Shown in pieces: positions 11,427-24,980 of a stretch of 64,000 bases of DNA (position 1 is its first letter; each line of letters starts with the position of its first letter). This DNA comes from an uncultured Solirubrobacteraceae bacterium (GTDB taxonomy: Bacteria; Actinomycetota; Thermoleophilia; Solirubrobacterales; Solirubrobacteraceae). Where the stretch lies: assembly GCA_963767655.1 (NCBI GenBank), contig CAVYET010000019.1, positions 346 through 64,345 of the forward strand, written 5' to 3'. Below the pieces are notes generated by a model that searched no databases, was not told the origin of the DNA, and was given only the letters and a program-made list of their open reading frames with translations. The position numbers were made by a program, and so were the translations under genes.

Positions 11427-12526
11427 CGCTGCGCGCCCCGATCGTCGCGGCGAGCGTCGCCGATCGCCTGCACGCAGCGCTCGGCCGCGTGACCGTCGCC
11501 GTAGAGCGCGGGCCGCTCGACGCAGGCGGCCTGCGCTGCGAGCGCAGCCAGCGCCGCATCGGCGTCGAGGTCGACGAGCGTGTTCCACCCCGCCTGCACC
11601 GTCTCGACCCACTCGGTGTTCGCTCGCAGCGTCACGCAGGGCACCCCGGCAAGGTACGCCTCCTTCTGGACGCCCCCGGAGTCGGTCAGGACCGCGCGCG
11701 CCTGGCAGAGCAGCGCGCTGAACTCGACGTAGCCGAGCGGCTCGGTCAGCGTGAGGCCGTGCAGGCCTGCTCGAGCTCGCTCGAGCAGCCCCGCGTCCTG
11801 CAGGCGCGCGCGGGTGCGCGGGTGCAGCGGGAACAGCACGGGCCCCGGCAGCGCCTCGATCAGCGCCACGAGCGCGCGCAGGCGCGCGGGGTCATCGACG
11901 TTGCCGGCGCGGTGGGCGGTGAGCAGCAGGTAGGAGCCGCGCTGCAGAGCCGTATGCGCGCGGCGTCTCGGAGGTCCGCGCGGGCCGACGGCTGCCGGCG
12001 CAGCGCGACGTCGACCATCACGTCGCCCACGACCTCGACCCTGCCGGCGACCGACTCGGCCTTCAGGTTGGCCTGCGGCGGTGTCCGAGGCGCACAGCAG
12101 CAGCTCGGCCGAGGTGGTCGGTCGAGCACGCGGTTGAGCTCCTCGGGCATCGCGCGGTCGAACGAGCGCATGCCCGCCTCGACGTGCACGACCGGGATGC
12201 GCGCCTGCGCCGCGGCCAGCGCGCCGGCGAGCGTCGAGTTGGTGTCGCCGTACACGAGCGCCGCGTCGGGCCGGGCCTGCCTCGAGCAGCGGCTCGAGCG
12301 CGGCGAGCATGCGGGCGGTCTGCGAGGTGTTCGAGCCGCCGCCGATCCCCAGCTCGCGGTCCGGGCGGGCGAGGCCGAGCTCGGTGAAGAACACGCGCGA
12401 GAGCGAGTCGTCGTAGTGCTGGCCGGTGTGCACGAGGATCTCCTCGTGGCGCTCGCGCAGCGGCCCCGACACGGCCGCGGCCTTGATGAACTGCGGCCGG
12501 TTGCCGACGACGGTGAGGATCTTCAC
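11423..12526 (-). CDS. wecB: UDP-N-acetylglucosamine 2-epimerase, non-hydrolysing (frameshifted)
   Basis: [44 protein letters not shown]. Confidence 0.95.
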   Translation of the reverse strand: MKILTVVGNRPQFIKAAAVSGPLRERHEEILVHTGQHYDDSLSRVFFTELGLARPDRELGIGGGSNTSQTARMLAALEPLLEAGPARRGARVRRHQLDARRRAGRGAGAHPGRARRGGHALVRPRDARGAQPRARPTTSAELLLCASDTAAGQPEGRVGRRQGRGRGRRDGRRRAAPAAVGPRGPPRRRAHTALQRGSYLLLTAHRAGNVDDPARLRALVALIEALPGPVLFPLHPRTRARLQDAGLLERARAGLHGLTLTEPLGYVEFSALLCQARAVLTDSGGVQKEAYLAGVPCVTLRANTEWVETVQAGWNTLVDLDADAALAALAAQAACVERPALYGDGHAAERCVQAIGDARRDDRGAQR

Positions 12527-12538
12527 GGCGCGCGCAGC

Positions 12539-13446
12539 CTACGCGGCGGCGCCCACCACCGAGGTCGACCAGTCGATCACCGACGTCGGACGCACCACGT
12601 GGCGGTTCATGCCGAGCTCCTTGGGGTCGAGGCCCAGCGCCAGGCCGACGAGCTGGGGGAGGTGAAGCACCGGCATGCTCGAGCTCCCGGCCCACCACCC
12701 GCTCGGCCAGCGGCTGCTGCAGGTCGAGGTTCAGGTGGCACAGCGGGCAGGGGGTGACCAGGCAGTCGGCTTCGGCGTCCACCGCGTCGCCGAGGTGGCG
12801 ACCGGCCTGCTTCAGCGAGGCCTGCTTGTTCATCGTGATGATCGGAAATCCGCAGCACTTGCGCATGCCCGGCGTACTCGATCACCGTGCCGCCGAGCGC
12901 CTCGATCACCTGGTGCAGGTAGTGGTCGCGCGGGTGCTCCTCGTCGATGCCCAGGCGCGCGCGGGGGCGGACGATGTAGCAGCCGTAGAAGGGGCCCACC
13001 TTGAGGTTGGTGAGCGGCCGCTTGACCAGCGAGCGCAGCCGCTCGAGCCCGATCTCCTCGACCAGCAGCCACAGGAAGTTCTTGTTCGTGAGCCCCTTCT
13101 CGTAGCTGAGCCCCTCGCCGGCGAGCGTCTCGTTGACGTGCGCGCGGTACTCGGCGCTCGCGTCCAGGCGCTCCTGGCACTCGCTCTGCGCGCCCTGGCA
13201 GGTCGAGCAGATGTTCATCATCAGCTCGGCGCCCTTGACCTGCTGGGCGAGCGCGAAGGTGCGGGCGTTCAGCGTGTCGGCGAGCTCCTGGTTGTGCTCG
13301 GCGATCACGCCCGCGCCGGTGCAGCAGGCGCGGTCGAGCTCGACCAGCTCGATGTCCAGCAGCGGCGCGACCTTGGCCATCGAGCCGTGCAGCTCGGGCG
13401 TGAAGCCGCGGCTGACGCAGCCGGGCCAGTAGGCGACCTTCATCAT
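12539..13446 (-). CDS. CCG-domain (HdrB-like) subunit, probable SdhE anchor of type E succinate dehydrogenase (frameshifted)
   Basis: [38 protein letters not shown]; overlaps sdhB stop. Confidence 0.85.
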
Positions 13447-14609
13447 GCCCTTGCGCTCCCTTCGGGTGCTCCTCGGGTCGCCTGTGGCTCCTCGGCCGCC
13501 TGTGGCTCCGCGGCCTGCGGCTCGGCTCCTGGCGGCCTCTTCGTCCTCGCCGGTGATGTACAGGTTCAGCTCGTAGCGCTCCGGGCGGCCCTCGATCTTC
13601 TCGTAGATCGAGCTGCACGCTCTGCAGGTCGCCCGCGGGGATCTTGTGCGGTCTCAGGGCGCCCGCCGGGGTGACCTTGCCGCGCATCAGCGCCTTGAGG
13701 ATCGACGGCAGCGAGCTCAACAGCTCTTTGCCGGCGTGCGGGTGGAATTTGCCCGAACCAGGAGTTGCCGCCGTAGGAGCGGGGCAGCAGCTCGGCCTCC
13801 CACAGCAGGCCGTTGTCCTTGACGAGCGTCGTGAACGCCGCCTCGTGGCGCTCGCCGTTGTTGCGGTCGACGATGTGGTGGTCGCCCGTCGCGATCCGCC
13901 GCAGGCGCATGATCTGGCCCATCGGGTTGACGTCCTTCGGGCAGGCCTCCACGCACTTGAAGCAGTGGGTGCAGTCGAAGATGCCCTGCGGGTCCTGGGC
14001 GAGGTCGTTCAGCCGCTCGAACTGCTGATCATCGCGCGGGTCTCCGACGAAGCGGTAGGCCTTGGCGAGCGCCGCCGGGCCGATGAAGCCCGGGTCCACC
14101 TCCATCGCCAGGCAGTCCGACACGCACGCCCCGCACTGGATGCAGGCCATCGTCTGGGTGACGTCGACCATGCTCTCGTGGGACACGAGGTACTCGCGCT
14201 CGGGCACGGGCTGCTTGTTGATGAGCCACGGCGTCACGCGGCTGGATCTTCTTCCAGTGGACCGCGTCCATGTCCACGATCAGGTCCTTGATCACCGGCA
14301 TGTTGCCCATCGGCTCGATCTCGATGACGCCGTCGCGCGCGCCCTTCAGCGCCGCGTCGAGGTGCGTGTGGCAGGCCAGGGCGGGTTCGCCGTTCACGCG
14401 CACGCCGCAGGAGCCGCAGATCGCCTGGCGGCACGAGCAGCGGATGCCGATCGACCCGTCGAAGCGGTCGCGCGCCTGCAGGATCGCCTCGAGCACCGAG
14501 CGGTGGGGCTCGAGCTCGACGGTGTGCTCGTCCCAGTAGGGCGCCTCGCCGGACTCGGGGTCATAGCGGCGCATGCGGAGTGAAGCTCGGGCGGCTTGGC
14601 GTTCGCCAT
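13443..14609 (-). CDS. sdhB: Succinate dehydrogenase/fumarate reductase iron-sulfur subunit (frameshifted)
   Basis: CSCRQAICGSC..LAC, PMGNMPVIKDLIVD, CIQCGACVSDC, CTHCFKCVEACP. Confidence 0.92.
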
Positions 14610-16308
14610 CAGTACTTCCTCTCCTCGGGCTGCCATTGGGTGATGGTGACCGGCGAGTAGCTCACGCTGCGGCCCGTCGCCGTCGAGCGAGATGTCGATG
14701 TGCTTGAGCCACTCCTCGTCGTTGCGCTCGGGGAAGTCGGTGCGGAACTGCGCGCCGCGCGACTCCTTGCGCTCGATCGCGGCGACGACGGTCGTCTCGG
14801 CGCAGTCGATCATGAAGCCGAGCTCGATCGCGCCGAGCACGTCCTGGTTGAAGACCGTCCCGCGGTCGTCGATCCAGGCGTGCTCTGGGACTCCTCCTTC
14901 AGGCGGGCGATCGTCTCCAGCGCGCTCTGCAGCCCGGCCTCGTCGCGGAACACCGCCGCGTAGCGGTTCATCAGCTCGCCGAGCTCGTTCTTGATCTCCG
15001 ACACCCGCCGCCCCTCGTGCGGGCGGGCGATGATCGAGTCGATCGTCGGCCACGTCGCCTGCAGAGCTGGGCGTCGGCGTCGAGCTCGGGCATCCCCATG
15101 CTCGCGGCGCGCGCCGCCGCGTGCTCGCCCGCGCGACGGCCGAAGATGAGCGTGTCGAGCAGCGAGTTGGCGCCGAGGCGGTTGCCGCCGTGCACCGACA
15201 CGCATGCCACCTCGCCGGCCGCGTACAGCCCCTCGATCGGCGTGCGTCCGTCGACGTCGGTCTTCACGCCGCCCATGATGTAGTGCTGGCCGGGGCGGAT
15301 CGTGATCGGTTCGCGGGTGATGTCCACGCCGGCGAAGTCCCGGCCGAGGTTGACGATCTCGCGCAGCGCCTCGAGCGTGCGCTTGCGCGGAACGACGGTC
15401 ACGTCGAGGTAGATGCCTGCGCCCTCGGGGCCGACCCCGCGCCCCTCGTTGATCTCGATCTGCTCGGCGCGCGAGACGACGTCGCGGGAGGCGAGCTCCA
15501 TCTTGTTCGGCGCCGACTTCTCCATGAAGCGCTCGCCCTGCGAGTTGAGCAGGTGGGCGCCCTCGCCGCGCGCGCCCTCGGTGATGAGGATGCCGGTCTC
15601 GACCAGGCAGGTGGGGTGATACTGGACCATCTCCATGTCCATCAGGGGGGCGCCCACCCGGTAGGCCATGGCGATCCCGTCGCCGGTCACGATCAGGCCG
15701 TTGGTGGTCGGCTTGTAGACCTGGCCGGCGCCGCCGCAGGCGAGGATCACGTTCTTGGCCTTGAACACCTCCATCGCGCCGCTGCGCACGTCGCGCGCGA
15801 CCACCCCGCAGCAGCGACCGGCCTCGTCCAGCAGCAGCGAGGTGGTGAACCACTCCTCGAAGCGGTCCACCGTCTCATGGTGCTTCATCAGCTGCTCATA
15901 GAGCACGTGCAGGAGCGCCTGGCCGGTGATGTCGGCGACGTAGGCGGTGCGCTTCATCGAGGCCCCGCCGAAGGCCCGCAGGTCCATTTCGCCCTCCTCG
16001 TTGCGGTGGAAGGTGACGCCGATGTGCTCCAGGTGCATGACCTCGGCCGGCGCCTCCGAGCACATGATCTCGATCGCGTCCTGGTCGCCGAGGAAGTCCG
16101 AGCCCTTGACCGTGTCGTAGGCGTGGGAGTGCCAGTCGTCGTCGATGCTGATCGCCGCGTTGATGCCTCCCGCGGCGGCCACCGAGTGCGAGCGCACGGG
16201 GTGGACCTTGCTCATGATCGCCACGCTCGCGCCCTCCCGTGCGGCTGCCAGCGCGGCGCGCTGGCCCGCGAGACCGGCTCCGATGATCAGGACGTCGTGT
16301 GCTGGCAT
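14609..16308 (-). CDS. sdhA: Succinate dehydrogenase/fumarate reductase flavoprotein (frameshifted)
   Basis: GAGLAG, RSHSVAAAGG, QYHPT, ITEGARGEG, HYIMGG, HGGNRLGANSL, RKESRGA. Confidence 0.95.
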
Positions 16309-16351
16309 GGCTCTCTGGATCGGGGAGGTCGATGGCTGTGCGCCGGGGACT

Positions 16352-17505
16352 CTATATCGCGGCCGGACGCAAGGCCCGGCGCACCTGCGCGAGCGTGACC
16401 ACGCCCTGCAGCACGCCGTCCTCGTCGACGGCGACCATCGCGCCCAGGCGGCTGAGTCCCTCGGCCCCCAGCAGCGACTCGAGCGGCGCCTGCTCGCCGA
16501 TCCGCACGGGCAGGTCCTGCTCGAGCACCTCGGTCACCGGCAGGGCCGGGCGTCCCGCGGAGATCTCCGCGTCCACGCGCTGTCCGCGCACCACGCCGAG
16601 GAAGTGGCGGGCGGGGTCGACGACCGCGAACCAGGGCCAGCGATAGCGCAGGAAGAACTGCTCCTGGGCGTCGATCAGGCTCAGCTCGGCCGGGATCGTC
16701 ACGGGCTCGCGGTCCATGATGTCGGCCACCGTGATGTTCTGGATGCGCTTGCCGAGCGAGCCCTGCGCCACCGCCGCGCCGGCCGCCTGGTAGAGCACGA
16801 AGGCGATCAGCATCCAGAACAGCCCCAGCGAGCCGCCCGTTGTCAGCGACCACAGCCCGAGCAGCGCCGAGGAGCAGCGCGAATGCCTGTCCGGCGCGGC
16901 CGGTGGCGTGCGTGGCGCGGTTGCGATCGCCGGTCCGCCGCCAGATCGCGGCGTGGGCGATGCCGGCCGCCGTCCAGCGGGAAGGCCGGGATCAGGTTGA
17001 AGACGAGCACGAGCGCGTTGATCGTCGCCGACCCAGCTCAGCCACACGAGCGCGGGGGTCGCGTGCACTCCGCCGGTGGCCACCGCCACGTCGAAGAAGT
17101 GGTTGGGGTCGGCCAGCAGCCTGCCCGCGATCACGCACAGGACGATCACGATCAGCGTCACGAGGGGACCCGCGGCCGCCACGCGGAACTCCATGCCCGG
17201 GGCTCTGCGGCTCGCTCGTGCGGGTCATGCCGCCGAACGCCCACAGGTCGATGCCGGCCACGGCCAGGCCGTTGCGGCGGGCCACGAGCGCATGGCCGAG
17301 CTCGTGCAGGATCAGCGAGGCGAAGCAGCGACAGCACCGAGGCGACGGCCACCAGGTAGGCGGTCGTGCGCGAGCCCCCGAGCACTTCGTGGAAGTAGGG
17401 CGTGACGACGAGGATGAAGAAGAACAGCACGACGAACCAGCTGAAGCCCACGCCGATCCTGATGCCGAAGATGCGGGCGAGCTGAAAGTTGGTCCGCGGC
17501 GCCAT
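16352..17505 (-). CDS. Site-2 protease (M50) with CBS domains (frameshifted)
   Basis: ILHELGHA, EFRVAAAGP, FNLIPAFPLDG, C-terminal CBS pair. Confidence 0.88.
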
Positions 17506-17565
17506 ACCTGAATGGTAGGCGCAGCGACACGAGCCCGCGTAGGCGCGGAGCGGCCGTGCGCCGCC

Positions 17566-19278
17566 TCAGGCGGGGGCGCCCGCGCGCGATGATCGCCTCG
17601 AAATCGCTGCCCGCCGGCAGCGTGCCGTACTCGAGGCCTCCGTCGCCGCCGAGGCGCGAGGCGCAGAAGGCATCGGCCACCGCCGCCGGCGCGTGGCGCA
17701 CGAGCAGCGAGCCCTGCAGGCACAGCGCCATGCCTTCGACCACGCGCCGCGCCCGGGTCTCGAGCGTGGACGGGTCGGCGAACTGGTCCTTGAGGTCCTT
17801 CACGCGCGCATCCAGGCGCGCGGTCGGCCGCCAGCGGCCTGCTCGACCTCGGCCAGGAAGCACCTCGAGCGACCGCGGCGCGCGCGTCAGCGCGCGCAGG
17901 ACGTCGAGGCTCATGACGTTGCCCGAGCCCTCCCAGATCGAGGCCAGCGGCGCCTCGCGATACAGGCGCGGCATGCCCGACTCCTCGACGTAGCCGTTGC
18001 CGCCCAGGCACTCCAGCGCCTCGAAGGCGTGGTTGGGGGCGCGCTTGCACGTCCAGTACTTGCCCACCGCGGTCGCCAGGCGCTTGAACAGCTGCGCGTC
18101 GCTCCCGTCCTCGCCGGACTGCGGCGTCGGCGTGCGCTTCGTCGTAGGCGCGCGCCAGGCGCATCGCCAGGGCGGTGGCGGCCTCGGACTCCACGCACAG
18201 GTCCGCGAGCACGTTGCGCATCAGCGGCTGGTCGATCAGCGTCTTGCCGAAGGCGCTGCGGTGGGCGGCGTGGTGGGTGGCGTTGACCACCGCCGACGCG
18301 CATGCCCGCGGCGCTGCCGATCACGCAGTCAAGGCGCGTGTGGCCGACCATCTCGATGATCGTCGGCACACCCCGACCGGGCTCGCCCAGCATGCGCGCC
18401 CAGGCGCCGTGCAGCTCGATCTCCGAGGAGGCGTTGGAGTGGTTGCCGAGCTTGTCCTTCAGGCGCTGGATGTGGAAGGCGTTGCGGCTGCCGTCGGGCA
18501 GGATGCGCGGCACCAGGAAGCAGGACAGGCCCTCGTCGGTCTGGGCGAGCACGAGGAAGAGGTCGGACATCGGCGCCGAGCAGAACCACTTGTGGCCGGT
18601 CAGCTCGTACTCCGCCGCCGGCGCCCCCTCCGTTCAGCGGGTCGCGCGACGGTGGTGTTGGCGCGCACGTCGGAGCCGCCCTGCTTCTCGGTCATCGCCA
18701 TGCCCGCGATCGCCGAGCCCTTCTCGCTCGGCGGGATCAGTCGCGGGTCATAGCGTCGTTGGCGGTCACGAGCGGCTCCCACTCGGCGGCCAGCTCGGGC
18801 TCGACGCGCAGCGCGGGCACCACCGCGAAGGTCATCGTGATCGGGCAGGCGAAGCCCGCCTCGGCCTGCATCGCGGTCATGTAGAGCGCGGCGCGCGCCG
18901 TGTGCGCAGAAGGGCTCCTCGCTGGTCCAGGGCAGCGAATGCAGCTCGTGCTCGACGCCCATCGTCATCAGCTCGTGCCAGGCAGGGTGGAACTCGACCT
19001 CGTCGATGCGGTTGCCGTAGCGGTCGTGCGTGCGCAGCACCGGCTTGTTCTCGTTCGCCAGCCGTCCCCACTGCTGCTGGGGCTCGCCGCCCACGAGCCG
19101 TCCGAGCGCCGAGGCCCGCTCGCGCACCCAGCCGGCGCCCTCGCGCTCGGTGGCCTCCACGAGCGGCAGGTTGCTGGAGAACACATCCACGCCCTCCAGC
19201 GGCGGCGGCTGGTTGAAGACCGTGTGCGTCTGCCACGGCGACGTGCTCTCGCGCCCGGCCTGCGAGAGCGGTGGCCAT
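17566..19278 (-). CDS. aidB: Acyl-CoA dehydrogenase, AidB-like (frameshifted)
   Basis: [63 protein letters not shown]. Confidence 0.88.
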
Positions 19279-19369
19279 ACGTTGACAGTGAAGCAGATCG
19301 GCGAGCCCACCGCCGGATACGGCGTGGGCGATAGCATCGCGTCGGCCCATCCCGACCAAGGAACCAAGC

Positions 19370-21645
<2,276 letters not shown>

Positions 21646-21661
21646 AGCGATCGCATCCGCA

Positions 21662-21703
21662 GTGACAGAAAAGCGCGGCCTCGAGGCCGCGCCTTCTTGT
21701 CAC
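21662..21703. terminator. Probable bidirectional intrinsic terminator between convergent genes
   Basis: GTGACAGAAAAGCGCGGCC-TCGA-GGCCGCGCCTTCTTGTCAC hairpin. Confidence 0.7.
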
Positions 21704-21765
21704 AACTTCAGCTTGACGACGGAGGGTCCCACAACGCGCACCTGTGGGCGCAGGGAGCGCGAGAC

Positions 21766-22230
21766 CTAGGACTTCGGGAACCAGCCGCGACCCTGCTTGG
21801 TTACCTTGCCTTCCTGCTGCAGGCCCGGAAGCACGCGGTAGAGGTAGTTCTGCTTGATGCCCATCTTCGCCGCCAGCTCGGGGATCGTGATGCCGGGCTG
21901 TCCCTGCACGAACGCGAGCGCCTCGGCCGCGCGCGTGCCGCTGCCTTTGCGCCGTCCGGCGCGGCGACGCCCGGGAGGGCGACCGGGTTTTTTCCGTTTC
22001 GCAGCTGCCGGAGCCGCTGCTTTCGCGGTCGTGCGGCTGGTCGCAGCCGCGCGGGCGTCCGGGTCCGCGGCGACGGCCTGCGGCTTTCGCGCGGTGGCGG
22101 AAGACGATCCGCCCACGCTCGCCAGGGCCGAGGCGGCGGCCTCAAGGCGGTTGTACTCCTCCACCATGGGCTTCAGCTCTTTCAGGCGCTCGGTGATCTC
22201 ACGGCGCTTGTCGTCAAGGAAGTCGGTCAC
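21766..22230 (-). CDS. Basic DNA-binding protein: N-terminal coiled coil, K/R-rich linker, C-terminal winged helix
   Basis: DFLDDKRREITERLKELKP..., KPGRPPGRRRAGRRKG, GITIPELAAKMGIKQNYLYRVL..EGKVTKQGRGW. Confidence 0.75.
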   Translation of the reverse strand: MTDFLDDKRREITERLKELKPMVEEYNRLEAAASALASVGGSSSATARKPQAVAADPDARAAATSRTTAKAAAPAAAKRKKPGRPPGRRRAGRRKGSGTRAAEALAFVQGQPGITIPELAAKMGIKQNYLYRVLPGLQQEGKVTKQGRGWFPKS

Positions 22231-22300
22231 GATCAAATCCTCTTCACTAGTGTAAATGTGATCTCGCACATCGATTCGGGCACCTTACACTACTTCTCTC

Positions 22301-22761
22301 TCAGTCCTCTCCCGAGCGACCCCGCTCCAGGTGAGCTCGCAGGCGGCCGAGTGTGCGCCTGGCCTCGCGCTCGGGAATGCCGCCCACGAGCGCACGGCTG
22401 ACTATCGCACCGACCGGGCCGAGCGGTGTATGGAACTCGTTGCGGTAGTCAAAGCGGGTGCCGTCGCCCTCCGCTTTCAAGATGTATTCCGAGCGAGCGC
22501 GCGAGCGTGCCGGGCCGCGGCCCTCCCACACCGCGAGCTCGTTCGGGCGACACTCGACGAGCTTCCAGTGAACATCGAGGCTCACGCCGCGCAGGTGGAT
22601 GCGCTGGTCCATCTCATATCCCACTCGCGGAGGGCCGTCGTCGGCACGCAGAGCCGGCGGTGGATGGTGACCCAGTCGGCCAGGCGATGGGGGTCCATGA
22701 CCATGTTCCACACCTCGGCCGGTGGGACCGCGATCCGGGTCGAGGCTGTGACAAGGCTCAT
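22301..22761 (-). CDS. SRPBCC/polyketide cyclase-like protein (frameshifted)
   Basis: IAVPPAEVWNMVMDPHRLADW...WEGRGPARSRA...GTRFDY. Confidence 0.8.
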
Positions 22762-22815
22762 GGCGTGCGCGAGAGAACCGTATCGAGCCGGCGGGCGCGC
22801 AGAGGAGCCCACCCC

Positions 22816-23851
22816 TCAGCGCGCGGCCAGCGGCTCGCGCGCCTCCCACTCGCGCAGCGCGTGCTCGACGGCCGAGTCGAAGGAGTGCAACTCGACGCCG
22901 AGCAGCTCGTCGGCATGATCGTCTGCCGGCAGCAGATCTCCCTGCAGTCCCTCCATCAGCGGGAGGACCAGCTCGGGATCCTCCCCCGCGATGGCCGCCG
23001 CGACGCGGGCGGTGAGCGGAGTGAGGCTCAGGCCGAAGGCGAAGGTGGGACGGTGCACGAGCATCAGCTCGGCGATGCGTGCGATCATCTCGCCGTAGGT
23101 GAGCGTCTGCGGTCCACCGACGTCGAGGACGCGGCCGGCCACGGGCGCGCAGGCGGCTGCCGCGAGCATCTCGAGGATGTCGCGTCCGTCGATCGGCTGG
23201 GTGCGGAAGTTGCGCCAGGCGGGCAGCGTGAGCACCGGCATGCGCTCGACGAGGTGGACGAGGAAGCGAAACGAGCGCGAGCGCGCACCGATGACGATCG
23301 ATGCGCGCAGGGCCACCGAGTCGGGGATCGCGTCGAGCAGGATGCCCTCCACCTCGCGGCGGCTTGCCAGGTGGCGCGAGGGGGGCGTGCGCTCGGTCCC
23401 GATCAGGCCGCCGAGGTAGATGATCCGCCGCACGCCCGCCCGCAGCGCGGCATCGGCGAAGGTGTCGAGCCGCGATGCGCTCGCGCTCGGCGAACGGGAG
23501 CGTCGCGGTTCGGCCGGCGCCCCGTGGGGAGCGCCCGGCGCCAGGCGAGGGTGCGCGCGGACTCTCCATCGAGTGGATCAGGTAATAGGCGACCTCGACA
23601 TCGCTCAGCGCTCGCGCGAGCCCTGCGCCGCTGAGCGCGTCACCCTTGATGATCTCCACCTCCGCAGGCGCCGCCGGCGGATATCGCGCAGCGGTGCGTG
23701 TGAGAGCCATCGATGAGCGGGCCCGCGCCAGCGCGGCGGCCGTGCGTGCGGGGTCGCGTGCAAACGCGCGGACCGCGTGCCCGTCGGCGAGCAGTCGGGG
23801 AGTGAGCAGCGATCCGACAAAGCCGCCGGCTCCGGTGACGAGAATGCGCAT
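22816..23851 (-). CDS. NAD(P)-binding atypical SDR (YbjT-like; frameshifted)
   Basis: ILVTGAGGFVG, AYYLIHSM, IYLGGL, SRHLASRREVE, LRASIVIG, TQPID. Confidence 0.85.
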
Positions 23852-24085
23852 CGGGCCAGATGATGACGCGCACACATCCATCGGCTCCGAGAAGCGCCGG
23901 AAAGTGCGCGATCGTTGCGGGCGATTGTCACATCAAAGTGACTGGCTGTCGCCTATTTCCGGGTAGGAATCGTTTTTCCTGCGATTTGCGGAGTGCTTCC
24001 GCGCGGCCTCTCCCTAGGGCCCAGGAAACCTGCTTTGATCGGCGCCGTTCCGTTCCATCGTTCGTGGCAAGGGGGTAGTGTCCTG

Positions 24086-24319
24086 ATGCAGGGAAAGCAG
24101 AGCAAGCGCACCTCCCGCAAGGTGAGCTGCGAGGAATGCTACTTCCGCTGCAACCTGCTCTGCGCGCTGGATCTGCCCGAGCCATGCGCGACCTTCCGGC
24201 CCAACGAGGCCCAGCTCAAGCCGCCGCAGCAGCTGCGCTTCGTGTTTCGCCAGGAGCGCCGCTCGCGGGCCGCATGGGCCTTTCCCTCCGCTCAGGAGCA
24301 GGCGCGGCTGCACGCCTGA
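24086..24319 (+). CDS. Small cysteine-rich protein
   Basis: 77 aa; CEECYFRCNLLCALDLPEPCATFRP; purine-rich RBS upstream; GC3-biased codons. Confidence 0.7.
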   Translation: MQGKQSKRTSRKVSCEECYFRCNLLCALDLPEPCATFRPNEAQLKPPQQLRFVFRQERRSRAAWAFPSAQEQARLHA

Positions 24320-24390
24320 TCGACGCTGCCGGGGTCGCCGGCCGGGTATATTGGGTGGCCGACCAGCAAACGGCAGAGGCGGTGGCGAAG

Positions 24391-24870
24391 ATGACAGCGA
24401 AGGGCAAACTGGGAAAGGCTACGGACGCGGCGCGAGCAGCGCAGCAAAACCGGTATCTGCAGCGTCTCATCGCAGATGAGAAGCTGCGGGCCAACCTGAT
24501 AACGGCTTACGGCGCGGCGCGCGGCGCCTACGGACGCATGAGCAACGGCAAGCCGGCGACGCAGGCGCTGTTCGAGGATCGCAAGCTTCAGCGCGAACTC
24601 AAGGAGGCGGCGAACGCCCTGCGGCAGGCGTCGGACGCACTGCGCGAGCCGCCCAAGCGCCGCCGGCGCGGCGGCCTGAAACGCACGCTCATGGTCCTTG
24701 TGATCGCGGGCATCCTCGCACTGGCCCTGAGCGGTGAGCTGCGCTCGAAGGCGCTCGACATGCTGTTCGGCTCCGAGGAGGAGTTCGACTACAGCTCGGT
24801 TTCCACGGAGACCTTCAATTCGCAGTCCGCTCAGGAGCAGCCGGCTGCGGCGAGTGCCTCCGCCGGCTGA
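24391..24870 (+). CDS. Hypothetical membrane protein
   Basis: Helical N-terminus, RRRRGG then TM helix, LFGSEEEFDY; followed by terminator. Confidence 0.7.
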   Translation: MTAKGKLGKATDAARAAQQNRYLQRLIADEKLRANLITAYGAARGAYGRMSNGKPATQALFEDRKLQRELKEAANALRQASDALREPPKRRRRGGLKRTLMVLVIAGILALALSGELRSKALDMLFGSEEEFDYSSVSTETFNSQSAQEQPAAASASAG

Positions 24871-24913
24871 TCGCGGCGAAGCAATCTGAGAGCAGCAGCT
24901 CCACGACGACCCT

Positions 24914-24946
24914 CGAGCGCCCGCCACCGCGGGCGCTCGCTTTTTC
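24914..24946 (+). terminator. Intrinsic terminator
   Basis: CGAGCGCCCGC-CACC-GCGGGCGCTCG followed by CTTTTT. Confidence 0.8.
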
Positions 24947-24980
24947 GGGCCTTCCCAACCGCATTCTTATACTCGTGTCA

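Noticed and set aside
22256-22271. CRP/GlxR site
   Set aside because: TGTG and CACA are 6 bp apart rather than the 8 bp of TGTGA-N6-TCACA; kept only as a generic palindrome
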